From: Negaprion brevirostris | Lineage: Eukaryota | Length of the DNA: 64,000 nt | Assembly: GCA_030324005.1 (NCBI GenBank) | Contig: JARDVH010000001.1 | Span: 111,652,299 to 111,716,298, forward strand | Direction: 5' to 3' | Shown here: positions 1 to 12,540 of the stretch, piece by piece | How positions within the stretch are numbered: the stretch's first letter is position 1 | Layout of the letters: each line of letters opens with the position of its first letter | The notes under the pieces: model-generated | The model's database searches: none | Told to the model about the DNA's origin: nothing | The model's input: the letters and a program-made list of their open reading frames with translations, nothing else | Translations under genes and position numbers: made by a program

Positions 1-760
1 AGAACTATGCTGGAAAGAGCAGTAAAAGTCCAAAAAGATTAATATCTATGTTTTATAGATGACCCCAAGGCATAAGACAGAGTGAAGATGTTTGAAATGC
101 TCCAGAACTGGGACATGGAAGGGAAAGATTTGAGACTGGTTCAAAACTTATTTTGGGACCAACAGCAGCAGTCAAAACATACTGTAAATTGATAGCTATA
201 AAAAAAAGTGACAGGTTGCATTCTGTTGCCAGATCTTTTCAATCTTTACAATGAAATGATTCTGAGACATCTATCAGAGTTACCAGGACTTTCAGTATGT
301 GGACAGAATATAAACAATTAGAGGTATGTGGCTGACACAGTAATATGGCAGATACAGAGAAAAATCACAAAGATACCTAGTCACAATTGTAACAAACAGT
401 AATAGATACATATTATCAAACTGCAAACAAGCGTGCACAGTAATATAAAAGTATAGAATTAAATCTAGATACAATATAACAGTGGAATTGGACGTAATAA
501 AACGAGTCAAATCATTTTCTTATCTGGGTAGCCTCACAACATCTGATGAGCAAGGGATCAAGAAATCAGGAAATAGAAACTCTCACAAAAATGTCAAACC
601 ACATTAGAAATAAGAACATCTCTAGGGAAAGCAGCATGTGATTACTAAAATGCTACATCTGGTCAACGTCACTACAGAATGGGAAAGTTGAATGTGAAAG
701 TTGGAATACAAGCAAGACAGTGGAAGATAAATTAAAATCATTAGAAATATGGACTCAATA
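1..760 (+). mobile_element. RTE-clade LINE, decayed reverse transcriptase fragment
   Basis: Translates with stops and frameshifts as RTMLERAVKVQKD*YLCFIDDPKA*DRVK...GKDLRLVQNLFWDQ...GCILLPDLFNLYNEMILR...NINN*RYVADTV. This matches the RTE RT motifs LCFIDYxKAFD, QGCxLSPxLFN and RYADD. Confidence 0.85.
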
Positions 761-1589
761 TTACAATTTGGGAAAATTTTGGTACTGTAATCTAGCTGTC
801 ATGTTCACAATTTTTGTTTAATAATGGTTAAGAGGTTTCAGGTGCTTGCATTTTCAGATATTAATGCTTTAATAGTCTGGATGACTGAAATTTTTAGTGT
901 CCTGCAATAATGGACTTTTGTGAACATAATGGGAAATTATGACAGAATGACTATTTTTAAAGCTTTATTTTACATATCCTATTGTCACTATAGGGTCCAC
1001 AGGTTCTTTTTAGTGTATAGTGGATTAATGGGTTTGGAATTGCAACAGTTTGGCACGGGATCATAAGGAACATGGGGGGACGAAAGGACCATTTGAACTG
1101 AACCTGCCTGAACCCTTGAAAGGTGCTGGTGAAAATCACAAAACCTAGGAACATGTCTGGAATCCCAGAATTGGGATGTGCCTGCCATTTTTAAAAGAGC
1201 TCTCAAGTCATTTGACTTGGTGAACATCTAGGCCTGTCTATCAATGTGATTTTGTAAGTATGACTATGTCAGGCTGCTGTTCTGAAGAATGGTATCTTGG
1301 ACTCAAAATGTTAATTTTATTTCTCTATGTGTTATATATATTGGCAAACCTGCTGAGTTTTCCTCGCATTTTCTGTTTTTATTTCAGATTTCCAGTATCT
1401 GCAGTATTTTGTCTTTTATCAGTCTGTTGGTTGACCAATCTGTGAGACAGCTCTCAAAATTTTGGTACAAGCCTCAAGATGTTAGTGAATTTTCTTTTCA
1501 TGGTCAACATGGCTGGGTGGGCCATTGTCATTTTTGATGCCTAGGATGACCATCCAACTTTATTCTTTATTGACTGTTCTGTAATGGTT

Positions 1590-1878
1590 TGAAACAGCTG
1601 AGAGATTTGTTAGTTCAGTTCTGAGTCAACTACATTGTTGGTGTAGAGTCACATGTAGGACGACAGCAGATTTCCTTCCCTAAAGAGAGAAAATTAGTGA
1701 ATCAGATGGATCTTTCTGATAATTGATAATGGTTTCATGATCAGCATTATTGAGACTAGCTTTTAATTCCCAGTTTATTAATTGAATTTAAATTCCACCA
1801 GCTGCCCTGGTAGCATTTGCACCATGTCCCAGAGCATTAGCTTAGGCTTTGGATCGGGACATTACCACGATGCCACTA
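1590..1878 (-). mobile_element. tRNA-headed SINE (family B), decayed
   Basis: Homologous to 20855-21146; both share 'ttgaatttaaattccaccagctg', 'tgagactag' and 'gacattaccac'. Confidence 0.7.
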
Positions 1879-3351
1879 TGTATACATTAGTGCAGTGATA
1901 ATTGTGCAAGTTTATTAATTCACCTTAACCCAATGGATTTAATATAATTTCCTTTTTTTATTGAACAATGTAAAACTAAACATGGTAAATTGTTGCTCCA
2001 ATGCATGGTACAAGTCAATACTGGCTAGTAGGATTTGTGTCCAAATTTTACATTTCTGATCTCAACTCTGTCCTTATCAGTAGATGCCAAATGGAGATCA
2101 GACACTCCACTCCAAACAAGGTTGCTAAGCAATTTTAAAAAAGAGCTTCCGCATAGATCCTTATTTCTAGCTTCAGACTGACATTGGAAAAACTTAAATC
2201 ACTATCACCTGGCTACCATTCATCTGTGCACAGAAGACCAAGGAAATCAGAGAAACAAGCAGTGAGGAAAACTATGTAATGTTGAACTATTAAATGCGAT
2301 GATTCGTAAAATGACGTAAAGCTCCTTATAATAAATATGACTCCATCAAATGGTGCAGAACTTTAGATGTATTGGTTAACTGAGAAAAAGTATTTATTTG
2401 CATGAGTTGGAATGAGTTTTGGCTCCAGCACTGATTTCCAAAATTCATCTTTTGGTCATGGTACTCAATCTATTTCCTGTTCATTTGAATTCNNNNNNNN
2501 NNTCAGAAACTGGTTGCTTTCCAATGCCTAAAGTGCCATTAACAGCATAGACATTGAATGGCAATCCCCATTTTCAAAAGTGTCTTGCTACCTCTCTTTG
2601 CTCTGGAGGTAGCAACTGATTTATATACAGGTTCATTGAAACTTTATAGATTTTTGCAGATATGTTTGAAATCTCTCTCTGATATGCAAGTACAGTTAAC
2701 TGCCCAAGGAACAGGCAATAGAATGATTATGTTTTAACTGGGGTCGTTATGACCATTGCAAACAGTGAAACCTTCACCCATATTGTTTAATATGTTGTGA
2801 GTTTCAAAATAACTTCAAACCATGATATCAAAGACCATTCTGTCATGTGCCTTGCATTTTCTTTTTAATAAAAGAACAAAATAGCTATAACGTTTTGAAA
2901 AATTCCAAATGTGAATTGTGGAACTGTAAACTAAACAACTAACTAGCTTTCACAACTCTATCAGGGAGATGAAAACAATCTACCTTATTGTTAAGCTTCA
3001 ATTCAGCCTGCTTCATTGTCCAATTTCTTCATCACAGGTGAAATTTGTAATGTTCTCTAAAATGGAATAATTTAACCTGTACTAAGTAGCTTGGAAAAGA
3101 ACATTCACTATTTGGACTTACATGCCATGCGCTCATTAGTGCATTTATGGAAATTTACCATGTCTGAAGATCTTAAATAATAGTATCCACTATTTGGAAT
3201 TCTCTTCATACACTAGGCCTCCAAACAGTAACATACAAATTGAGACCAGTGAAAATGTATACTTTGTACTTTGCATTTATCCCAAATCAATTAGCATGTA
3301 ATGTCCCATGCTTCCCTTTAGGTGCCCTATAAATTTATCATTCCTAATATA

Positions 3352-3572
3352 CAATGTGGAGATGCCGGCATTGGACTAAGGTGGGCACAGTAAGAAGTCT
3401 CACAACACCAGGTTAAAGTCCAACAAGTTTATTTGGAATCACAAGATTTCAGAGCACTGCTCCTTCATCAGACAAGGTCCTTCATTCACCTGATGAAGGA
3501 GCAGCACTCCAAAAGCTTGTGATTCCAAATAAACTTGTTGGACTTTAACCTAGTGCTCTGAGACTTCCTACT
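3352..3572. mobile_element. Penelope-like element: inverted pair of pLTR segments with hammerhead motifs
   Basis: Arms 3389-3471 and 3490-3572 are reverse complements (9 mismatches in 83 nt, counted by hand) around an 18-nt spacer. The same sequence adjoins a Penelope ORF end at 36366-36688. Confidence 0.85.
3486..3522 (+). ncRNA. Minimal type I hammerhead ribozyme motif (core mutated)
   Basis: Reads TCAC-CTGATGA-AGGAGCAGCACTCC-AAAA-GCTT-GTGA, with stem I TCAC/GTGA, the CUGAUGA core, stem II, and GAAA changed to AAAA. The opposite arm keeps CTGATGA...GAAA on the minus strand. Confidence 0.7.
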
Positions 3573-4267
3573 ATTCCCAACACAGATCAGCACAGTTCAC
3601 ATTTTACTGATGTTATAGATTCATTTCATTTCAATTCAAGAAGTTGAACTTTGAGATCATATTTGTTTGTTTTGGATATGCAGTATTCTAATCACCAAGG
3701 AAGGTTCACTGCAAGTGATCCAGATACCTCATTATTTCAGTAAGAGGGGATTGGGCACAATAACCTAACATTACAAGCATTGAAATATTTGTATATCAAA
3801 AATGTGCTGACAAAAAGACATTTACATTGCAGTAAAAACATCTAAAATGGTGAGCACATATCCTGACATTGTCAGCTGCTCTGTTTTTTGATGTGGTTCA
3901 TTTAATTCAATTTAAAGGAACACAACTTCCATGAAAAGCTGTTTGGCAAATATTTTTCTTCATTTGAGGGAGAGGAGCTGAATGGGGATATTTTAATCTT
4001 CACTGCTTGGATGGTAATAAATCAACAGAATTGAAAATCAAATGATGTACCATCTATTTAGTGCCCAAGATCTGGCAGTGCCAAGGGGTAGGATGGGGGG
4101 TGGGGGGGCAGTTGTGATTGTTCTGGACAGGCGGGAGAGTGGTCGCAAACAGCCACTGAACTCTGCAACAGTGTGNNNNNNNNNNNNNNNNNNNNNNNNN
4201 NNNNNNNNNNNNNNNNNNNNNNNNNNNNNNNNNNNNNNNNNNNNNNNNNNNNNNNNNNNNNNNNNNN

Positions 4268-4568
4268 ATACAGTGAAAAGTATTGTTTCTTGCGTGCTAT
4301 ACAGACAAAACATACCATTCATAGAGAAGGAAATGAGAGAGTGCAGAATGTAGTGTTACAGTCGTAGCTGGGATGTAGAGGAAGATCAACTTAATGCAAG
4401 GTAAGTCCATTCAAAAGGCTGGCAGCAGCAGGGAAAAGCTGTTCTTGAGTCAGTTGGTATGTGACAGATGAAGGTGAAAGAGAGAATGCCCAGAGTACGT
4501 GGGGTCCTTAATTATGCTGGCTGCTTTTCTGAGGCAGCGGGAAGTATAGACAGAGTCAATGGATAGGA
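4268..4568 (-). mobile_element. Rex1/Babar LINE 3' fragment
   Basis: Minus strand encodes RCLRKAASIIKDPT and TNxLKNSF-like C-terminal motifs. Near-identical to 52871-53447. Confidence 0.8.
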
Positions 4569-4599
4569 ATTTAATTCAAAAATAAATCAGGTAACATTT

Positions 4600-5125
4600 C
4601 AGTTATTACAGCACGAGTGAATCCACATCTAGAGTACTGTGCACGTAACTGGTCACCTTATTTAAGGAACGATGTAAATGCACTGGAAGCAATGGATTGT
4701 CTTGTGAGGTTGGATAGGCTGGGTTTATATTCGCTGGAATTATAGAAGAGGTGACTTGATTGAAACATACATGATCGTTGGGTACAGTGATAGAGTGGTT
4801 GCAGACAGGATGTTTCCTTTGAGAGAGAATCTAGAATTATAGGGTCACTGTTTAAAAATAAGGGGTTTAATAAATGGGCAAGCTGAATATTTTTTCTTTC
4901 AGAGGTTTGAGTGTCTTTGGAAGTCTCTTCCTTAAAAGGCGGTGAAAGCAGAATCTTTGGATATTTTTAAAACAGAGATAGATAACTTCTTGGTAGGGGG
5001 CAATAGGCTACCAGGGATAGGTTGGATGCAAATTTGTGGTTACTATCAGATCAGCTCTGATCTTATTAAATGGTGGAGCAGGCTCAAAAGGCCTACTCCT
5101 GCTCCTTGTTCGTAAGTTTGTATGA
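4600..5125 (+). mobile_element. CR1 LINE 3' end, decayed
   Basis: HLEYCARNWSPYLRNDVNALE and RGDLIETY motifs, followed by the CR1 3' tail 'cctactcctgctccttgttcg'. Confidence 0.85.
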
Positions 5126-5639
5126 CTATACTCAAGCCATTGAACTCAATACTAAATACTACAGTTTTTTGCACTAGTTAAATCTCTTAAAACATGGCCC
5201 AAAGTTTTTACAACAGCCACCAAATATTAACATTACACAAAGTTGTTACCTGGAACAACACAGCTGTCAGGACAGCTCTAAATCTGAAAGTATCTGTTAT
5301 TTCCAATAACTGGAATAACTGACATTGCAGAAATGTCCTAGTTAATTTGGGAATAGAGGTTAAAGATAGGCATTTCGCTTATACTGTGGTATGTGCATTT
5401 TTAACATTCTACAGGTCTTAAAACAGCTGTCAGGTTAACTGAGTTGGCCGCCCCACCACATTTTAACACAAATCCCATACTTAGATCAAGGTCTCTCCCA
5501 GTTTGTCAGTGAGCCTGAAAACATATTTCAGTTTTAAAGCTGTGCTAAGATTAGTTCTGATCAACAAGACCTAGCATTCATTAGGAGCTGAGGCTTGGTC
5601 TTTGTCACCAATTGTCATCATCAACTATGGATTTCAAGA

Positions 5640-6559
5640 GGGCAATTCTCTCACGTCGCTGCACTCTTAGTAGATCGCACTGGTCCCGCAGAATAGCATC
5701 TGGGCCTATAAGTCGGTTTCTCACCCAGCACCAAACAGTTCATGATTCTTCCGGCCCATTTCTAATGGCACAAACCCAGTTTATATTGAGGCCGATTGAC
5801 ATATTTAGAGTAGCATCTAAATATGCATAGCTGCTTCAAATTCCAGCGCATGGAATTCACTGGCCATCAACGCGGGGCNNNNNNNNNNNNNNNNNNNNNN
5901 NNNNNNNNNNNNNNNNNNNNNNNNNNNNNNNNNNNNNNNNNNNNNNNNNNNNNNNNNNNNNNNNNNNNNNNNNNNNNNCGCGGGGCAATAACAGCAAGAA
6001 ACATTTCTAGTCTCCACAAACAGAGACCTGGCATGATGGTCATGCTGGGGAGCTAGGGGGCCACTGAAGCCCCCAGGTGATCAGGAGCATGGCCAGGCAC
6101 TGCCCACCTAGCATGCTGGCGGTTCCCAATTGGCGTACCGTCAGCGGCTACCAGGCAGCCTGGCAATGGCAGTTAAACACCACCAATGTCAGCTGGACAC
6201 TGCCAGTGCTCCAGTCAGGCACCAATACGATGGGGCAGTGCCAAGGGGCTGGGGCTGAGTGGGATCCCATGAAGGATGGTTTACGGGGGAATTCATCGAG
6301 AGGGCCCCCATGTTGGTGGGGACAGGTGAGGGAACGTGCCACCTTGGTGGTAGGGGAGGGGTGGGCAGTGTCTGGGGTGAAGTAGAGGGTCTGAGAGATC
6401 AGGCCGTCCTTGGGCAATGGCGCTTGAGCACCTTGAAGCCAGGCTCACCTGCATGCTTAGGTCCACCCCCTCTTATACTGGCGTGCCTGAGAGACTGGCA
6501 GATCACCCCATTATTCTCATCATTATGACACTGAGAAATTTTTTGGGAGAAATCTGCCC
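5640..6559. mobile_element. GC-rich non-autonomous TIR element (PIF/Harbinger-like)
   Basis: Imperfect terminal inverted repeats gggcaattctctc / gggagaaatctgccc. The GC-rich interior with ggca/tgcc motifs is shared with 21440-22280. Confidence 0.55.
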
Positions 6560-7649
6560 CAAGTGTTTGAAATCATCACAAAGAAGAGCTTTTAAAATTC
6601 AAATACAATTGCTGCCAGTTGCATGGGGCCAGTTCCACTCCAGGGACATATTTCAGAGCAAAAGTCTGAGGACCTCAAAGCACTTTATCCACAGGGAAAT
6701 CAGTTGGACCTAAATTTCTAATCAGAATTCCTGAGCTCTGTGCCAGATGTTTAAATTCATAAAATCTATTCTTAATTTTCTGATGAGTTTTATCTTTCAC
6801 GCATTTATTTCACTAATTCAATTTTCTTTTATTTACACAAATAAAACCAAGAGAGGCTAACCATACCTCTTTACTACCCTCAGTTAAATAAGGTATTCCC
6901 TCCATTTATATAACTTAATGGCAACCCAGTCTTTCTGTCCCAATTTCACAACAACATTCCTGAATCTTGGAATAAATGCAAGTATAAAACTTGGTCCAGA
7001 CAAGATTCACAAAGAAGTCTCAGAACCAACAGTTCATTTGGTAATCAAAAGAGTATAAGGAAACACTTCTGGGACATTGGGTATTGGTTAGGAAGGAGGC
7101 AATCACATGTGATGTTGTATTTTGTAAATAAATCAAGTACCAACCTAAGAGATTAATATCTTGTTTCCTACTTCACCATCTGGCTTTGAAATGAATTAAC
7201 AGATTGATCTAATTTTTGATTTTTTAAGGAGCTGGTTTGCTGCTTTGGAACATGTTCCAGAATGCTGCTAGCATGTTATATTAAAATGGATGTCTTCAGT
7301 ATTGTGACCAATTTCTTCCTCCCACCTTGATTTATGATACAGCTTATTGAAAGGCAGACAGATGAACTGAAAGACAGGGACAACACATCTTTGAGTTGAA
7401 AGGAAGTTTCATCACATCAAAAATATGCCTCAATTTCACAATTTCAAAAGGTCTAGCCCCTGATCTTTGGCTACTCTATTTTCTCACCACTCAGTTTGAC
7501 GTTAAAATATTGTGCATTTTGGTCTTAAAGGGCTTCATAAATGTTTATAATAAAGAGACACCTCATAAGAAGATTGTAGAAGAGGTATCGATGGAATAAC
7601 AGTGGCTGTTTCATCCACTCTCCTTTATTTGTTTAATTTCCACAAACAA

Positions 7650-8000
7650 ATAGAATCATAGGATCTCTTCAGTGCAGAAGGAGGCCACGTAGCCCACTGA
7701 GTCTGCACTAACTTTCTGACAGAGGCCCGAGCCCTCTCCCCTATCCCTGTAACCCCACACATTTACCATGGCTAAATCATTCAAGCTACACATGTTGGGA
7801 CACTAAGGGGCAATTTGCCATGACTAACCCACCTAACCTGCACATCTTTGGACAGTGGGGGGGAAAATTGAGCACTGGAGGAAACCCACGCAGCCATGGG
7901 GAGAACGTACAAATTCTACACAGTCACCAAAGGCTAGAATTAAACTCGAGTCCTGGCACTGTGAGGCAGCTGTGCTAACCATTCTGCTACCGTGCTGCCC
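7650..8000 (-). mobile_element. HE1/V-SINE (tRNA-derived) with CR1-type tail
   Basis: Minus-strand head 'gggcagcacggtagcagaatggttagcacagctgcctcacagtgccagg', V-domain 'tgggtttcctccagtgctc', and a CR1-like tail ending 'ctatgattctat'. Confidence 0.85.
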
Positions 8001-9059
8001 CCACAATAGCACCCAATGTGGCTATCATTCAAATAAAGAGGAAAAATTGCTTTCGACTAATTTACTGATGTGCAATGCACTTAGAACAATGCTAAAAGCT
8101 GCAGGCTAATTCCAAATAGAGTCTCAAACCTCATTTGACTAATTTTGTGGCATACTATGGGTGGTGAACAAGCATCCAGAGGCAACTGTCTAGCAACAGT
8201 TCTCTGATAGGATGAGTGAGGATCCATGATATTGTTGTGGAACTAGGAGCTGCAGAATCTATTCATCCTGCTCCACACAAGAGGTAAGTTAAAGAAAACT
8301 AAAACCTCCACCATTTTGTTGGTAATCTCCCAGGGATGTGGTTAGGAAATAGAAGAGCTAGGGGTGACAGAACATTTCCCAGCTAAATATCAGGGCACAT
8401 CTGTGACCAGAAATCACCATGAAACTGCTTCTTTTTGTCCTCANNNNNNCTTAGTAGGTTCTGATGGCTATAATTTCACAGTGCTGTACTTAAAATATTA
8501 CAAATTGCAGCATTTTATTTGACACATCTTCAAATATGAGCTGCCACAGCATTTCTTAACTTTTACCCTTTACAGTTATTAAAAGCAACTTTCATTTAGT
8601 ATCTCATTCAACAAAAGGGTCAAGTCCCAATTCTGCTGATCCAATTTTGATCATGAAACTTGAACACAAAGTGAGGAAAATAAAACATGGTACAGCTGGC
8701 ACGATGCATATTTGGAAGAATGCCATTAGTCATCAAGATAAAACTTCGAAAAACAAAATTGAGAATCACAGGAGTACAATAAGAATTATGTTTCGACAGT
8801 TGATTAACTCCTTGAAGTGAATTGTACATCCATAATGCATACTGAGTACTACTGATACTATTTTCTCTGGCCAACTCACAGCCAGCAGTTGAAAACAGGT
8901 CAACTTTACCAGTTTTATTTGGAAACTGAATTGACAGTTACATTTCAATGTAATTCATTATTTCTTGCTACAGATACATCCAACTAAATCTAATTAAACT
9001 CCCGCTGTTATTTTCACTTAAAGGTCCAGAATATTTGCAACATCGAAGCTAAAATGGTG

Positions 9060-9870
9060 AGGGAGGATTTTCCGTCCCTGTCCACTGCACGTGCAAATCC
9101 CAACATGGCCAGAAGCTCTCACAAGAGAGTCACATCAGGATTTGGGCCAGGGAGATCTCAGAATGAGATATTTTCTGCTCCCAGAACCCGATAGAATGTA
9201 TTTAAATTAAGAACTGATTGGATGGCTTAAAGCAATTTCTTCTAGGAACGTTAGATGGCAGGAATTGCTACTGCTCTGTTGCAGTCAAGGTGACCATAGC
9301 AGGGGAGTGAAGCCAGTGCTGCCTCAGGTGGTCATGGACATAGCTGTGCAGTGCCCTGACACAAGAGCAGTGCCAAAGTGGGGCAAGGGGCAGGACCACC
9401 AGGCAGACCCATAGCAGGGTTCTCATTATGTGGGGTTGACCCAAACCTTTAGTGGTTGGAAGAAGGTTGGCCCTCTGCAGTACATGGTTGAGGGTATTCC
9501 TCTTGTTTGCTGGGGGCAGAGGGGTTTCTGATGTTTGTTTATGAAGGACTGTCTCATCACTTTGAGATCGATGCCCTGATCTGTGTGGAGCTGGTCTTCC
9601 CAGCATCTTTAGGACCCATCTCTCAGGTTTATGGGTGTAATACACACACACACACATTTTTTTTTCAGGGTCAGAAGATCCGGAGGGAAAACCTGCGCAT
9701 TTCTCTCAGGAGAAACACACCAATTTNNNNNNNNNNNNNNNNNNNNNNNNNNNNNNNNNNNNNNNNNNNNNNNNNNNNNNNNNNNNNNNNNNNNNNNNNN
9801 NNNNNNNNNNNNNNNNNNNNNNNNNNTTCAGAACCTGACACTTTGCCATTTTGTAAGAAAATTCTGCCAA
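9060..9870. mobile_element. GC-rich TIR-type element (Harbinger-like)
   Basis: Begins 'gggaggattttcc' and ends 'gaaaattctgcc', with a GC-rich interior that includes a gap. Confidence 0.4.
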
Positions 9871-10121
9871 CAGCTTAGAAAATTAAAATCAACACTGCAT
9901 TCACAAGATAGACCTTTCATATAAGCACAGATATGATAAAGAACAGGCAAAATTAAGACTAGTCTTCTTAATGACAATGTTCAATTATAATATATCCAAA
10001 AAGTCAGCTACTAATAAAGTTTAATAGCTTTATTAGTTGATGTCAAAATGCACACTAACAGCAGAATTTACCCATCATACCCCACTTTAGGTCATGATCC
10101 AAGTTCTTCCACTCTTGACAG

Positions 10122-10259
10122 GTACTGAGCAAAGGAACTTCTCAGAGCACTCACATGTCACAGTTAGTGCTACGGTGACACAATTACCTGGGCTGACTGT
10201 CTATGGGCCTCATTTCTCGGCTGGCGTATCAAGCAGTGCAATCATACCAACAGAAGAAG
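10122..10259 (+). CDS. Candidate internal exon of an unidentified gene (weak)
   Basis: Acceptor cttccactcttgacag| and donor AAG|gtaaaa. It is 138 nt, phase 1-1, and only one frame is open: GTEQRNFSEHSHVTVSATVTQLPGLTVYGPHFSAGVSSSAIIPTEE. I do not recognise the peptide. Confidence 0.25.
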
Positions 10260-11557
10260 GTAAAAATATACCAAAACTTAATGTCATTGCAAATATTGTC
10301 ACAGACTCACATTTATCTGCCACCATTTCCAAATCTCTGAACTGACTGCTGTTAGGAGACTGGAATTTATGTCTTGCAAGCCACATACCCCTGTTAGCAT
10401 TGCTCATTTATGCATAGCTTGAAATTCAGCAAACCGACAAATCTTCACTCCTCATTTTTTCAGTAAACTTGCAGCATTAATTATTATGATTTGTTCTGCT
10501 ACTGATAAGGCTGACTAATCATAAAACAATACTCAATTTTTGTTGCTGGATGACTTAATAACTTAATTAAATAGGATCACTGAAAACAATGTTCTGTTCC
10601 AGAGTCACATGCCAGGTTAGTGCAGATCACAGCTGTTCAGCAGTGTTCATTATATTTGGATACATACTATTCATTGTACACCATTTTCCTTCGTAGCTTG
10701 TGGATTATACATTCCTAATCTCAATTAATTTGTCACAATTTGAGCAAGATGGCAGAAATTATGTGCCGGAGCTAATGCCTGGCCGCATTTTGGGTTGAAA
10801 TTTATCCATAGTGCACAGGTTTCTCGTGTCCATATTGGGGGCAAAAAGTATCAATTTCACAGTACTGCATGAAAGAAGTCACTAGAAAGATGATATTTAG
10901 GCATCTCTGGCAGTCCTCCAAAAAAATGCGTTAGGCCCCTTGCACGTTGGTAATCAGGGGTCTAATGCTCATTTCATGACCCAGAAATTCAGCAGCAGTA
11001 AGCAATACATGCACTGAGCATGCTGCAATTAAGCTTAATTTAAAAGAAAATAGTTTGAAATATTAGAATGCAATGATAAACAGAGTGGAAAATGTGCTAT
11101 ATTTTGTAAAATAGCGAGCAAATTTGAAAACATATGAAAGGTTTATACTAATTAAATAGTCATTCAGTAGTGATTACTGTTAGTGAGAGCAAAATTTGAC
11201 ACCTCCCAAACATTGGTATAGGGTCCACATTTCTCTTCAGCTAATGATATTCAATGATAGAGAAAGAAATGGGAATGATGGAGATGGGTGAATTGGAGTC
11301 AAAACAGGTACAGAAAGAAATAGAGTGGCTATGATTTATGCTATGATAAGAGCATAATTAATAATAAAAGAGATAATAGCATAATTAAGCATAGAGTGAA
11401 AAACCATCTTTCTCATTGGTGGGCTCTTAACTAAAAATGGGGAGGTAGGGTCATAGCAGGAGATCACAATTTCATTTTTTTTTAGTTCCTTCTATATTTT
11501 CTACTTTGCTTAATTTTGTTTTGTGTTATTAGCCCTGCACTTGCCATTATTGTTTTT

Positions 11558-12540
11558 ATTTGATTTATTGCCATATGTACTGAGATACAGTGAAAAGTAT
11601 TGTTTCTTGCGTGCTATGTAGGCAAACATACCATTAAGAACATAAGAAATAGGAGCAGGAGTAGGCCATCTAGCCCCTCAAGCCTGCCCCACCATTCAAT
11701 AAGATCATGGNNNNNNNNNNNNNNNNNNNNNNNNNNNNNNNNNNNNNNNNNNNNNNNNNNNNNNNNNNNNNNNNNNNNNNNNNNNNNNNNNNNNNNNNNN
11801 NNNNNNNNNNNNNNNNNNNNNNNNNNNNNNNNNNNNNNNNNNNNNNNNNNNNNNNNNNNNNNNNNNNNNNNNNNNNNNNNNNNNNNNNNNNNNNNNNNNN
11901 NNNNNNNNNNNNNNNNNNNNNNNNNNNNNNNNNNNNNNNNNNNNNNNNNNNNNNNNNNNNNNNNNNNNNNNNNNNNNNNNNNNNNNNNNNNNNNNNNNNN
12001 NNNNNNNNNNNNNNNNNNNNNNNNNNNNNNNNNNNNNNNNNNNNNNNNNNNNNNNNNNNNNNNNNNNNNNNNNNNNNNNNNNNNNNNNNNNNNNNNNNNN
12101 NNNNNNNNNNNNNNNNNNNNNNNNNNNNNNNNNNNNNNNNNNNNNNNNNNNNNNNNNNNNNNNNNNNNNNNNNNNNNNNNNNNNNNNNNNNNNNNNNNNN
12201 NNNNNNNNNNNATAACCCTTAATTCCCTTGCCTACCAAAAACCTATCTACCCGTGTCTTAAATATATTTAGCGAGGTAGCCTCCACCAATTCAACCAATT
12301 CCCCCCCCATCTTGAGGCTGTGCCCTCTAGTCCTGTTGTCCTTTAATGAAGTACATAGGGGAAAAGGAAAAGGATACGGTGCCAAATATAGCTAAGGTGT
12401 AGCGGAAGATCTGCTTAATATATGATAGGTCCATTCAAAAATCTAATAGCATCAGGGAAGAAGCTGTGAGTTGGAAGGTACATGATTTCAGACCTGTATT
12501 TTTTCTGACGGAAGAAGGTGGAAGAGAGCATGTCCGGGAA
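11558..12540 (-). mobile_element. Rex1/Babar 3' fragment interrupted by a CR1 insertion
   Basis: The Rex1 tail 'atacagtgaaaagtattgtttcttgcgtgcta' lies at about 11586-11635. Rex1 resumes at about 12345-12540 ('gtccattcaaaa...agggaagaagctg...ggaagaaggtggaagagag'). Confidence 0.75.
11636..12343 (-). mobile_element. CR1 LINE 3' end (gapped)
   Basis: Tail 'aagaacataagaaataggagcaggagtaggcc'; the minus-strand ORF contains TRGHSLKM...VEATSLNIFKTRVDRFL. Confidence 0.85.
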
